Virus record (IMG/VR): IMGVR_UViG_3300005611_000142
Coordinates: 1 to 30,457 of that record
Direction: 5' to 3' (one strand)
DNA length: 30,457 nt
Source of the DNA: a virus
Lineage: Duplodnaviria; Caudoviricetes
The notes below the pieces were generated by a model. The model was not told the origin of the DNA. It saw only the letters and a list, made by a program, of their open reading frames with translations, and searched no databases. Of this stretch, positions 9,753-18,956 are shown piece by piece (within the stretch, counting starts at the first letter, position 1; each line of letters opens with the position of its first letter). The translations under genes and the position numbers were made by a program.

Positions 9753-9812
9753 TATTACCTCTTTCCTTTATGAGTTGAGTTCTACTCCCTGCCCCCTTCG
9801 GCAGTATTATTG

Positions 9813-9820
9813 TTATTTAT
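9813..9820 (-). promoter_or_regulatory. T4-late-like promoter box ATAAATAA
   Basis: Intergenic, about 60 nt upstream of the scaffold-capsid operon. Confidence 0.6.
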
Positions 9821-9840
9821 GCCATTTGGCACAAATTCAT

Positions 9841-9921
9841 TTATTTGCGGCGTCTTCCGCCGCGTGTTCCTGGTTTTTTCTTTTTGCCGCCTCGTGTGCG
9901 TCTTCCACCTCGCATAGCCAT
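9841..9921 (-). CDS. 26-aa Arg/Lys/Gly-rich protamine-like peptide
   Basis: Hand translation MAMRGGRRTRGGKKKKPGTRGGRRRK*; GGAG upstream; fills the gap after the Hc1-like gene. Confidence 0.65.
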   Translation of the reverse strand: MAMRGGRRTRGGKKKKPGTRGGRRRK

Positions 9922-9941
9922 ATCCAATTCGCTCCCGTAGT

Positions 9942-10190
9942 TTATTCTATTTCTTCTGTTTCCCAGCGGAATGGAATTATTGTTTTCTTGCGTTCCAATA
10001 TTTCCTTTCTACGCTGTTTGCACAAATGGTGCAATTCTAATAAATTGTTCCTTGCCCTAACGCCCGCTGCCTTAGAATCCTTGACCTCAAAGCGCCATAC
10101 GTTTTCCTTGTATTCTTCAAGGACTTGTCTAATTCTCTTTTCAGTGGCAATCTCATTAATGAAATCTCTCTCCGGAATGTATTTTCCCAC
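9942..10190 (-). CDS. Histone H1-like (Hc1 family-like) DNA-binding protein
   Basis: FEVKDSKAAGVRARNNLLELHHLCKQRRKEI resembles the Hc1 core (KGNKAAGTRAR..LEL.KL.K..RK); GTG start overlaps the upstream TAG. Confidence 0.65.
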   Translation of the reverse strand: MGKYIPERDFINEIATEKRIRQVLEEYKENVWRFEVKDSKAAGVRARNNLLELHHLCKQRRKEILERKKTIIPFRWETEEIE

Positions 10191-10330
10191 TAACGCTTTC
10201 TCCTACCACCACGCTTGCCTCTGCTTGCCGCCTGTATGGCTCTGCCCTGTCTTTCTGCCTCTATTTTGGTTCTATAGACCTTGCCTGATGAACCCCAACG
10301 ATATCCGCCCTTAACCTTGCGAACTGGCAT
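10190..10330 (-). CDS. 46-aa small basic phage protein
   Basis: Hand translation MPVRKVKGGYRWGSSGKVYRTKIEAERQGRAIQAASRGKRGGRRKR*; overlaps the portal 3' end and is coupled to the next gene. Confidence 0.72.
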   Translation of the reverse strand: MPVRKVKGGYRWGSSGKVYRTKIEAERQGRAIQAASRGKRGGRRKR

Positions 10331-11885
10331 TTCCAAATAACCTCGCTAATTCAGGATGTAGTTCCTTGATCTGCTCATCAGTATAACCTTCTGAAATCAT
10401 TTCTCTTAGATGCTGTAATAGTGCATCTGGTGATGTGACTGGTGGATGTTCCATGGCTTCCATTTGTGGTGTTTCCATTGCCTCATGTTCAGCATAAGAA
10501 CCATTTTCCTGTTTCCAGTCCTGATACCATTCTTCCACTTCCTCATAACTTCTTTCAGTGATGGTTTCAAGCATCATCTTTTCAATCTTGTCAATCAGCA
10601 TAGGATTGGTTGGATTTGAATCCTTGGCCATCTTTAACAGCGCAACATCATTTGCCTTGTCCTGGATTGAGAATGATCTTGGATATTGAACTTCACCATC
10701 CCATACTGAGCCTTGGTATTGTGCCCATAATCTCCAAATCTGTTCTTCCGCATGCTCCAAGTTCATGGCAAAATCTGCCAATTTGGCATTCAACATTTGG
10801 AATTCGGTTTGGAGTCCGATGCCCGATAGCCTACGGCTTTCAATGCTTCTAATTCCTCCCAGCGATGCCATTCTGTCAATGGAATCAACTTTCTTTTCAA
10901 TTGCCTGTAACACTGATTCAATTGAAGCACCATCCGGTTGTAACAAGTAAGGTTTTAGTCCTGGATCAAGTCCATCTGGCAATTGTATGATTGAACCAGC
11001 ACCTGCCGTTGCCTCAGTGTCAGCCGTCTTTGCGAGGCTGGGATGGTTTGTTAATCTAATGATCTGTTCAATCTCAGAAGCAAATTCGAAGAGTTCCTTT
11101 TGAACATCGGCAACATCACCCATCGGTGATATTCCTATTCCTCTTGTTGCGCTTCTTTGTCCATAAACACACACTGCTGGAATTTTACCAAGAGTGTTTG
11201 GGATGGTTTCATACAAGTCACCAGTTTTATTTTCACCATCAATGAGATAGACATTGATTTCTTCTGGTGTGTATTCTCTTATGTATTGCTTGCCTTCAAT
11301 TATTTCTTCCTTGACCTTAAGATAGGTTAATTGATATAATCCTGAAGCAGTTCTTTCATACTTCCAATCCAATACATTTTCAGGAGTGAACAGAGAAACA
11401 TAAGGACGTATTCCCTGTTTTAATTCATCGGCACGTGTGAATGACGCAGTGTTGGGTTTGTCCACAATGACCCAAACATTACCATATACCATTGCCAAGG
11501 CACTCGTCTCACGAAGAAATTGTAGGAAACTTCTACCATCAAGATCAGCATCCGCAAGGAATGGATCCAATCCTTGATCGTTTTCTATGCTTCCATAATT
11601 TCTTTTGGGTTCCTTTCTAAATAGGAATGAATTGTATATTCCCACGATTGATTTGACATGATTATCAAGTCCAACCGCTCTTAATCTCTTTTCATAATCA
11701 TCTCTTGATTCATAATAATATGGCTCCAAATATTTTCCTTGAAAAAATTCGAATCCACCATTGTAAGAGTCAGCCAAAAATCTCCATCGATTATAATAGT
11801 GTTTGTAGGCTGGATGCGCCTCCACTATGTAATCAACATTGAGTTGTGGATTTCCCTTTATAATTTGATCTCTAATAACGGGCAT
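10311..11885 (-). CDS. Portal protein
   Basis: 524 aa directly after TerL; ADADLDGRS, YGNVWVIVD, RPYVSLFTPENVLDW and LGKIPAVCVY motifs. Confidence 0.9.
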   Translation of the reverse strand: MPVIRDQIIKGNPQLNVDYIVEAHPAYKHYYNRWRFLADSYNGGFEFFQGKYLEPYYYESRDDYEKRLRAVGLDNHVKSIVGIYNSFLFRKEPKRNYGSIENDQGLDPFLADADLDGRSFLQFLRETSALAMVYGNVWVIVDKPNTASFTRADELKQGIRPYVSLFTPENVLDWKYERTASGLYQLTYLKVKEEIIEGKQYIREYTPEEINVYLIDGENKTGDLYETIPNTLGKIPAVCVYGQRSATRGIGISPMGDVADVQKELFEFASEIEQIIRLTNHPSLAKTADTEATAGAGSIIQLPDGLDPGLKPYLLQPDGASIESVLQAIEKKVDSIDRMASLGGIRSIESRRLSGIGLQTEFQMLNAKLADFAMNLEHAEEQIWRLWAQYQGSVWDGEVQYPRSFSIQDKANDVALLKMAKDSNPTNPMLIDKIEKMMLETITERSYEEVEEWYQDWKQENGSYAEHEAMETPQMEAMEHPPVTSPDALLQHLREMISEGYTDEQIKELHPELARLFGNASSQG

Positions 11886-13142
11886 TTAGTTCCATCTCCT
11901 TGCTTGTGTGTTACCTGAGAATGCCCATCGTTGTGGTTCCTGTGGTGCATATTCAGTGCGAAGTGGATATAGGAAATCTACCAAATAGCCTACGGCATCA
12001 GCCATATGATCCAATTCTCCATCCTTTTCAATTATGGATGTTCCTGGTTTGTATACCATTCTTTCTAAACTGTTCACTATCTGCTTACACTTTGGATCAA
12101 CAAACAATGAACTTATTCCTTTTGCGTTTTTCAACTTACTATTTACAGCATTTACCCTATCGCGAACAGGAGTATGGCTATTTCTCACCTGCACGACAAA
12201 TCCTGCATTCTGTAAGATTGAAATATCTGTTCTACCACCCGCTGAAGTCTTTCTTTGCCTACCAGCAGGATCCGGATACATAACAATTCTTGAATTTGGA
12301 TAGCGTCTCTTTAATTCATCGCATACCTCATCAGTGTTTGATCCTTTCATAACAATTTCATCTACGAAATAAACTGTATTATTTTCTATTACAGAAATAC
12401 ACACTGACATTGGATCCACGTTAAAGTCAATTCCACAGTGTATTTCTGTAATATCCATGCCCTTGCATGGTTTTATCGTATAATCTCTATCAAAGTTATA
12501 ATAGACCTGTCCGCTATATGTGTTCCATGAAGCACAATATTCTTGCAAAAATGTGCGTTCGTCCATGTCACGCTTTGCTTGATCTATTTCTTCTTCTGGA
12601 ACATTGCCACCTTCAAGTGTTGTGTATGTATGGGCAACCCATCCTTCAGTATCCTGTGCCATGGTAAACATTTGATGGCTAAAGGATCCTACTCCTCGGG
12701 GAGTTCCGATGAACAATGCTCTACCTTGTTTGTCAGATAGTGTTGGCCTTAGTATTTGATACCATACCTTTGGATCAATGTCCTGATACTCATCCAAAAC
12801 CGCGTAGTTCAAACCAACTCCGAGAAGTGATTCGGGATTGTCCGCGCCCTTGAGATATATTACACTTCCATTCTTTAATCTTAATTTTAATTCTGCTTCG
12901 TTGCTGGCTTCAATCCAACGCAAATCTTTTAGTTTGCCCTTTAATTGATCCCACACAATGGTTTTTGCCATTCTATAACTTGGTGCCACGTAATAGACCA
13001 TTTGATTCGGTTTGCTTGCCGCTCTTGCTAATTCTCTCAAGGCAACGTATGTTTTTCCAAAACGACGTCCACACGCAGAAACCACGAAGCGATTTTGAAG
13101 AGCACTTTGGCAAATTTCTTTTTGTGGATCACTTAATGGCAT
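11886..13142 (-). CDS. terL: Terminase large subunit
   Basis: Walker A GRRFGKT, Walker B YAVLDE, IGTPRG, nuclease motifs GIDFNVDP and DHMADAVGY. Confidence 0.96.
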   Translation of the reverse strand: MPLSDPQKEICQSALQNRFVVSACGRRFGKTYVALRELARAASKPNQMVYYVAPSYRMAKTIVWDQLKGKLKDLRWIEASNEAELKLRLKNGSVIYLKGADNPESLLGVGLNYAVLDEYQDIDPKVWYQILRPTLSDKQGRALFIGTPRGVGSFSHQMFTMAQDTEGWVAHTYTTLEGGNVPEEEIDQAKRDMDERTFLQEYCASWNTYSGQVYYNFDRDYTIKPCKGMDITEIHCGIDFNVDPMSVCISVIENNTVYFVDEIVMKGSNTDEVCDELKRRYPNSRIVMYPDPAGRQRKTSAGGRTDISILQNAGFVVQVRNSHTPVRDRVNAVNSKLKNAKGISSLFVDPKCKQIVNSLERMVYKPGTSIIEKDGELDHMADAVGYLVDFLYPLRTEYAPQEPQRWAFSGNTQARRWN

Positions 13143-13861
13143 TATTTGTCCTCCAATACAATTTCAAAGCCAGCCGCAATTGAAGTTGTTGCACCTGCCT
13201 TGGCTCTGATTTCAATATCTGTTTTTTCATTAAGAACTGGTGGTAAATCCCATTTGCGTTGGAATGGCACACCAAATGTTGATATGATACCTGTTGTTCT
13301 AAGCACACCGCCTAAACGGCCAACCATTAGTTTTGCTACAACAGGTTGATTCTTTTCAACGGAAATATTACCAGTTACGAGATAACCTCTCTTGCCTGCT
13401 GGTATGGTATAAATTGCCATGTTGGTTTGTTGGTGTTCTGCAAATATTTTTGCATAGGTCGTGCCACCGTTTGAAATGGTAACATCACCAACCAAATCAG
13501 TGTTGGATGAATTGTATGCTCTAAACACTCTTAGGAATTGTTGTGTGGTTTGGACTGCACCTGCTGAATCAGTATCATCCAGCGTTACGGTTTCAGTAAT
13601 CTCATTATAATCAGCATCAAGACCCTGTATAAAAATTGTAATGCCATTGTCAGCACTTTCATCACTTACCACTTGCATTGTAAGAGCACTTGATGGATAG
13701 GTATAAACATTGTCTCCATCCCAAACGGTCTTATAGGCTGTGGTTGCCGTTGGAAGATAACCAAACTTGTCTATGCCTGATAATTTTGGATATAATCCCT
13801 TGCGTATTCCCAATCCAAAGGTTGCATTAAAATTATTATTGAATGATGATAAGTCCGACAT
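13142..13861 (-). CDS. Hypothetical, probably virion-associated beta-rich protein between terS and terL
   Basis: 239 aa, coupled to terL; contains the DSAG motif otherwise seen in virion proteins. Confidence 0.6.
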   Translation of the reverse strand: MSDLSSFNNNFNATFGLGIRKGLYPKLSGIDKFGYLPTATTAYKTVWDGDNVYTYPSSALTMQVVSDESADNGITIFIQGLDADYNEITETVTLDDTDSAGAVQTTQQFLRVFRAYNSSNTDLVGDVTISNGGTTYAKIFAEHQQTNMAIYTIPAGKRGYLVTGNISVEKNQPVVAKLMVGRLGGVLRTTGIISTFGVPFQRKWDLPPVLNEKTDIEIRAKAGATTSIAAGFEIVLEDK

Positions 13862-13864
13862 AGT

Positions 13865-14185
13865 TTAATCCTCCCAAGGAAGAGGTGTTGTGTTTTGTGT
13901 ATCTTCTGGTGAATCCTTCATGCCCAAATATTGTTTCGAAAGAAATATTTGAACTCTCGTATCACCATTCATTGCCTTTTCCCACATAGCACGCCTTAGG
14001 CTCTGTGCTCCAGTCTGTTTGCCCTTCTCCAATAATGCGGAAAAACGCTTCTTGAGTGCGGATGCTGAACAACCCACCACCTCAGCAATCTCTTCCGGGG
14101 TGCACTGTATGCAGGCTAACTTATAGACCAAATCTCTGTCTATGGTTCTATATTTTTTCTTTTGTGTATTAGTATCTTCGCTCAT
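13865..14185 (-). CDS. Terminase small subunit (HTH)
   Basis: HTH-like LACIQCTPEEIAEVVGCS, then SLRRAMWEKAMNGD..IFLSKQYLG; upstream of terL. Confidence 0.75.
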   Translation of the reverse strand: MSEDTNTQKKKYRTIDRDLVYKLACIQCTPEEIAEVVGCSASALKKRFSALLEKGKQTGAQSLRRAMWEKAMNGDTRVQIFLSKQYLGMKDSPEDTQNTTPLPWED

Positions 14186-14508
14186 TAGGCTTGTCTCTCC
14201 AGCACCTTGATTCTAAAATTACGTGAATCCTGTAGTCCATTGGTTGTTACAATCTTAAATTCTATATTGTAGATATTGCCTGCCGTGCCGCCTGAGATGT
14301 ATGCCGTTGCTATGTAATCTGTGTTTGAAGTTGAGTCTAAGGTAAGACTGCTGTCGTCGCCTGTGATGATTGGATCTGGAAAAGAAGTTATAGTATCACC
14401 ATCTGGCATCCAGTTGGTAAAATCGAGTGAATAGTCCAAGACAGCGTATGGATCCTTTTCAATGTAAACCCCTACCCTATCTTCTTGAAATCCTGTTAAA
14501 CTTGGCAT
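14185..14508 (-). CDS. Virion fibre adaptor-like protein
   Basis: KDPYAVLDYSLDFTNW and ISGGTAGNIY motifs of a widespread small phage structural family (recognised from memory). Confidence 0.6.
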   Translation of the reverse strand: MPSLTGFQEDRVGVYIEKDPYAVLDYSLDFTNWMPDGDTITSFPDPIITGDDSSLTLDSTSNTDYIATAYISGGTAGNIYNIEFKIVTTNGLQDSRNFRIKVLERQA

Positions 14509-14511
14509 GCT

Positions 14512-15783
14512 TTATTTCCTTGTATCCAAAATTGAACCTGGCGTATTTATAAGGGTCAAGTTTTGAAGTTCTAATTTTCTTGTTTCGCTTTTGATCTCGT
14601 AAGATCGTGTTTCTTCTTGTATTGTATTTACACGATTTTCACTAATTACGGATTTTTTGCGGGATTCTGCTTCTATTATGAGCGTTCTGCCCTCTGATTT
14701 GATGGTCAATACCCTGTATGGGTCTATCACATAAATGCTGGCAAATCCAAGGAATGACGTGAATCCATTAAGCGTTGTTGATGCCAATCTCTGCCTACCG
14801 CCAAGTGCTGATATGGTGGCGTTAGTTTGTATATTGCTGGATTGTGTCCTAATCCTTCCACCAATCGCATTGATTGTGGCACTGCTTGGCAGTGTGCTTC
14901 TGCCCTGTATGACGCTTCTTGCACTAAATGAAGTAATGGCATTTAGTGTGGCATTACCAAATATCGTCTTTATACCATTGGCAGTAAGTGTGGCACTGCT
15001 GGCTTGTAATACCGTTCCATCTCTCTTTCTAACAGCATTGATGGTAAAATTAAGAGCATCGGAAAGAGTTGCTGAAACATTTCTCGTTCTTAGGGCATCA
15101 ACTGATACCGTGGCACTGCTGGCTTTAAGAACTATTCCCTGTCTTTCTCTAACAGCATTAACTGTTAGCGTGGTAATGCTATCCAATTGCTTGGATGCGA
15201 ATATGTCTCTTCTGCCCGATGCGTTAACCGTTGTATTGGTATCAAGATTGCTTGATGCATTTCTTGTGACCAATCCATTGCTTGTTAGTGTTGCCTGTGT
15301 GGTTAGCGTTCCATTACCAACATTAATTTTAACGCCTTGAACGTATAGGCACTGCCAAGTTTCCTGTGTGGGCCTTTCCCAGGTATTTTGATTGTCCCAT
15401 GTTCCTGGACAAACATACATGTCAATGCTACCGCCAACAAATCTCTTGGCATCAACACTGACCGTTGATTGCGTGCTGATTGAAACGACTGGTTTAATTG
15501 TTAGGCTTGCGCTGATTGATGTTGACAGTGCATCAGACAGTGTTGCTGATCCAACCCTATCTCTGCTTCCAAAAGAAGTTAATGTGGCTGATGCTGCCAG
15601 GGTGATGGGCTGTGCAATATCAGTGGCATTACCAGCGTTCGCACTTAATGTAACAGATGAGGAGAGAGTTGCTGAGCCGTTGATTATGCCAGTGACATAA
15701 CCAGCATCAACATAATTGCCCTCTACAAAAGTATTATCTACGTATCCACTTTCAACGTAGATATCACTTACAAAGTCAGTCAC
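14512..15783 (-). CDS. Repetitive Ser/Thr/Ala-rich fibre-like virion protein (about 20-aa repeats)
   Basis: Repeats such as NAVRERQGIVLKASSATVSV / NAVRKRDGTVLQASSATLTA (120 nt apart); N-terminal YV repeats. Confidence 0.65.
   Translation of the reverse strand: MTDFVSDIYVESGYVDNTFVEGNYVDAGYVTGIINGSATLSSSVTLSANAGNATDIAQPITLAASATLTSFGSRDRVGSATLSDALSTSISASLTIKPVVSISTQSTVSVDAKRFVGGSIDMYVCPGTWDNQNTWERPTQETWQCLYVQGVKINVGNGTLTTQATLTSNGLVTRNASSNLDTNTTVNASGRRDIFASKQLDSITTLTVNAVRERQGIVLKASSATVSVDALRTRNVSATLSDALNFTINAVRKRDGTVLQASSATLTANGIKTIFGNATLNAITSFSARSVIQGRSTLPSSATINAIGGRIRTQSSNIQTNATISALGGRQRLASTTLNGFTSFLGFASIYVIDPYRVLTIKSEGRTLIIEAESRKKSVISENRVNTIQEETRSYEIKSETRKLELQNLTLINTPGSILDTRK
14544..14551 (-). 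promoter_or_regulatory. T4-late-like promoter box TATAAATA
   Basis: Exact T4 late consensus, 35 nt upstream of ATG 14508 at the head of the adaptor-terS-terL-portal run. Confidence 0.6.
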
Positions 15784-15808
15784 CTGGGTGCCCCCCTAAA
15801 AGTGACCG

Positions 15809-16258
15809 TTAAGCCAATGTTACGGTAAGTGATCCTGCGGTAATTTGGAAAGTATCTGAAACCAGAATCTCACGAGCAGTGTCAAGTGCGCCATAGAATA
15901 ACACATTTCCCTGACCAGCACTATCACCAGCATTACCTGCTTCTGCATTGTCCATGATCGCAACGTGTGTGATCGTGCCCCAATTACCATCTGTTGCAGT
16001 TGCCCAGGTAAGGTTTCCTGAATTTGATACGGCACCGTTTGTGATGGTTCCAAATGTTACGGGAACACGCTCATAGCCGCCACCCACGCATTCATTTGTG
16101 AGTGTTCCTGCTTCTAATAGATCTCCGGTTGCACCAGCACTATCATCTGATGTGAATAGCGCAACATAAACAGCGGCAGGAGCCGTTGTTGATTGTGAAT
16201 TAGCCTTTAGCCAAAAATCAAGTGTTCGATTTTCAACATAGTCCGAACTTGCTGACAT
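15809..16258 (-). CDS. Virion fibre-associated structural protein
   Basis: DYVENRTLD, VYVALFTSD, GGGYER, WGTITHVAIMD and GNVLFYGAL belong to a widespread phage fibre family; strong RBS AAGGAG. Confidence 0.72.
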   Translation of the reverse strand: MSASSDYVENRTLDFWLKANSQSTTAPAAVYVALFTSDDSAGATGDLLEAGTLTNECVGGGYERVPVTFGTITNGAVSNSGNLTWATATDGNWGTITHVAIMDNAEAGNAGDSAGQGNVLFYGALDTAREILVSDTFQITAGSLTVTLA

Positions 16259-16304
16259 AATATTATCTCCTTATAAGGTTTTGCTTGCGTTTGTTATAAC
16301 AAGT

Positions 16305-16312
16305 GTATTTAT
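16305..16312 (-). promoter_or_regulatory. T4-late-like promoter box ATAAATAC
   Basis: Intergenic, about 47 nt upstream of ATG 16258; a TTGTTATAACAA palindrome (16291-16302) lies just downstream. Confidence 0.6.
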
Positions 16313-16347
16313 TGTAGATGAGAAAGGATTAAATGCTACGCTAATTG

Positions 16348-17007
16348 TTAATGTCGCTGTATTACCGCGTAAGTGTTTTTAACCTCAATGCTTGGACTTA
16401 CACCACAGGTTCCAGGATATCCTCTTAAACCATATTGTGCTGTTGTGCTGGTTACCGTATAATTTATAAAACAAATACCACGTGGGTCTCTTATATCCAT
16501 CTGTGGAGCACCAGTGCCACCGACACCCTGCCTCATAAATTGAAGTGTGCTACCATCATAAAAGGCAAATTCAGATGGAGTTGAAATATTAGCGGTTGTG
16601 CTATAATGGTATAGAACCAGGCTATAATTTCCAGTAGTATTGTGCGTCCAATAATGGATGCCCGATCCTGGACTCGTAGTTACTGTTATACCACTGGTAG
16701 TTGGATTAGTATCAGGACCCAAAAGGGTAAATGGTGTGGTGGTTGAAAGTGAAAGATAGGTCCTATTTCCAAGCAAGACTATGTCACTGGTTGAAGAAAA
16801 AGTGCTTACGGCAACCTGTTCCCACTTGCCTGATGATGTTGAGTATCTTAGGACATCTCCATCAGATGGTGATGCGATGTTTAAGTGATCAATTATGTCA
16901 TTGACATTGTCAATGTTTTGTTTTATGTCCGCTCGTGCAAGACTAATCTTGTCACCACCCTGATCCACGTTTGCAGTGCTTGCCTTTGTTCCACTTGGCC
17001 ATGCCAT
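16348..17007 (-). CDS. Fibre / receptor-binding-like protein, MAW-family paralog 1
   Basis: N-terminus shared with 27521.. and 27993..; PSDGDVLRYSTSSGKW fibre repeat; RBS AAGGAG. Confidence 0.62.
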   Translation of the reverse strand: MAWPSGTKASTANVDQGGDKISLARADIKQNIDNVNDIIDHLNIASPSDGDVLRYSTSSGKWEQVAVSTFSSTSDIVLLGNRTYLSLSTTTPFTLLGPDTNPTTSGITVTTSPGSGIHYWTHNTTGNYSLVLYHYSTTANISTPSEFAFYDGSTLQFMRQGVGGTGAPQMDIRDPRGICFINYTVTSTTAQYGLRGYPGTCGVSPSIEVKNTYAVIQRH

Positions 17008-17020
17008 AAATTATATCTCC

Positions 17021-17767
17021 TTAAGCCTCATCATCTTCAAATGTTGTGCTACCATCTGATCCGTTCATGTGTAACAATAATAATGTATTTGCGTCATTAG
17101 TAAATGCCGCAGTTGGTTCTATGTAGGTTGAACTTGCTGGATCGTATCTTGAAGTATCTGATAATCTTACCTCATCAATCCAACCACTGTCAGTTCTATT
17201 AAATGGTAATGCTCCATCCAATGATAGGGCACCCATACCCCAATTCTCAAATGAAACCGTGCCATTATAGGTTATCTGTCCAATTCTCTGTCCAGCACAG
17301 AATATACCAACATTGTTTGAACCACTTCCGCTTCTTGATATCGCAACATGGATCCAAGTATCCGCACTAATCAATCCACTGCCAAGGAAGTTAAGGCTTT
17401 GGTTACCAACCTGCACCTGTAGCCTCATTGGAACATCCTCATTTCTTAGGATTATGAACATTATATCTGAGGAACTATCACTGCTTGTTTCCTTGGATGA
17501 TAATATTATTGAGTTATTTGGATACTGTTGGGCATCAAAATTAAACCAACATTCACAGGTAAAATCTCCTGTTAGATCCCAATCTCCTGATGTGCTTGGT
17601 GATGCCTTTAACCAATCACCCGTTCCGTCCAACAATAAACTTGCGCCGCCAAATTTGCTCCTTGCGGTATCAACCTGTGCATCACCATTTACCGTAATGG
17701 AGGATCTTGGACCTGCTGCCGCGGCTGCCTGTTTTGAAAATATGCTTCTTGAAAATCCTAATGGCAT
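17021..17767 (-). CDS. LamG / concanavalin A-like lectin-domain virion protein
   Basis: SKFGGASLLLDGTGD, DFTCECWF, WIHVAISRSG, GWIDEVRLS and DANTLLLLH are hallmark motifs of phage LamG domains. Confidence 0.82.
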   Translation of the reverse strand: MPLGFSRSIFSKQAAAAAGPRSSITVNGDAQVDTARSKFGGASLLLDGTGDWLKASPSTSGDWDLTGDFTCECWFNFDAQQYPNNSIILSSKETSSDSSSDIMFIILRNEDVPMRLQVQVGNQSLNFLGSGLISADTWIHVAISRSGSGSNNVGIFCAGQRIGQITYNGTVSFENWGMGALSLDGALPFNRTDSGWIDEVRLSDTSRYDPASSTYIEPTAAFTNDANTLLLLHMNGSDGSTTFEDDEA

Positions 17768-17776
17768 GACTTCTCC

Positions 17777-18463
17777 TTACGCAAAGTTGGTCACGTAGTT
17801 CATGTAATAATTCGTTCCATCATAGAAGACCGTGCAGATATCAATAGTGTCAGTCACTGACATTGTTGGATCCGTTGCGTCTGGTGTTTTCATTGTGGTT
17901 GTTAGCGTTCTGCTGGTTCCATTCGTATCAATGATAAGAGTCAATGATTGTCCTGCTTCGGGGTTTGAAAATGCGTTAAAGGTTAAATTTCCATTTAAGG
18001 TAATTGTTTGAACGTTTCCGTTTGCCACATCTGGAGTGATAGTTCCTGAAGTAGTTCCAAGACTATAAATTGTTTCCTTGTAATCCTTGAATTCAACGGC
18101 ATCAACCACGGCTTCCAATGCTACCGTAATCTGTCCAGTTGAATCAGCAGTCACATCAATGTTGGCACCTGGTAATACACCTTCAACCAAATCAACTACG
18201 GCCGCGCCCTGTGTAAGAGTAAGCACTGCCTGTCCAGTTGAATCTGAAGTAATGGAAGTGGTTAATCCACCAGAGCCATTTACAACGAGCCTTCTGTCGG
18301 TTGTTGATGCTGTGGAAAGTTGTGCAGAACCCGAATCACCTTCTACGGTAAGTTCCGTTCTGTTTAATATATCAATAAAGTTGTTATCAAGTTCTTGGAA
18401 ATTTAGACTGGTCCCCTTGGTAGAGGCTCTTGCGTCTGTTTCCTGTCTAAGGGTAATAGTCAT
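17777..18463 (-). CDS. Fibre-like virion protein
   Basis: ITLR..KGTSLNFQELDNNF N-terminal fibre motif; C-terminal NGNVQTITL..GQSLTLII..YDGTNYY domain. Confidence 0.68.
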   Translation of the reverse strand: MTITLRQETDARASTKGTSLNFQELDNNFIDILNRTELTVEGDSGSAQLSTASTTDRRLVVNGSGGLTTSITSDSTGQAVLTLTQGAAVVDLVEGVLPGANIDVTADSTGQITVALEAVVDAVEFKDYKETIYSLGTTSGTITPDVANGNVQTITLNGNLTFNAFSNPEAGQSLTLIIDTNGTSRTLTTTMKTPDATDPTMSVTDTIDICTVFYDGTNYYMNYVTNFA

Positions 18464-18497
18464 TTATGTCTCCAATTATGGTTTTCGCTGAACATAC

Positions 18498-18956
18498 TTA
18501 TTTATAAAAATTATAGTATTTGCCTGATTTTTGTAGCAATCTGCGGCTATCATTCAGTGTGCTTGCCCTCTGCACTATCACAAGCGGCGAATCCTGGAAG
18601 TTATAGTCCATGGGCAATGGTGGATCCTCCGTATCGGGGTGCATTAGGAGTATTTCTATGTCTTTCTTATAGTATCTTGATTGATAATCATCGCAGATTG
18701 CCATCAATTCATCATAATCTTCCCATGGACCGCATATCACTATGGCTTCATAGCCAACCGCATGGAATACATCACACACCTGGCTGATTTTTCTTTCCCA
18801 ATCGGTGGTCTCAACCACCGTTATGCTGTCAAGATACTGTTTTATGAATGGGCAGATTGCCATGCCATCCATTTTTTTGTTGGGCACGGACAATTTTTGC
18901 TTGATGTAGCGCCAAACCTTAGATTTTAGATTTGTTCCATTTGACATTTTTACCAT
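18498..18956 (-). CDS. Hypothetical protein (DUF1415-like CPF motif)
   Basis: ICPF and LLMHPD motifs; continuous with the upstream operon. Confidence 0.55.
   Translation of the reverse strand: MVKMSNGTNLKSKVWRYIKQKLSVPNKKMDGMAICPFIKQYLDSITVVETTDWERKISQVCDVFHAVGYEAIVICGPWEDYDELMAICDDYQSRYYKKDIEILLMHPDTEDPPLPMDYNFQDSPLVIVQRASTLNDSRRLLQKSGKYYNFYK
18499..18506 (-). promoter_or_regulatory. T4-late-like promoter box TATAAATA
   Basis: Exact consensus, 35 nt upstream of ATG 18463 (fibre operon); overlaps the upstream stop codon. Confidence 0.62.

Noticed and set aside
16348-18463. Diversity-generating retroelement or invertible fibre cassette
   Set aside because: No reverse transcriptase or invertase and no template/variable repeat pair seen.
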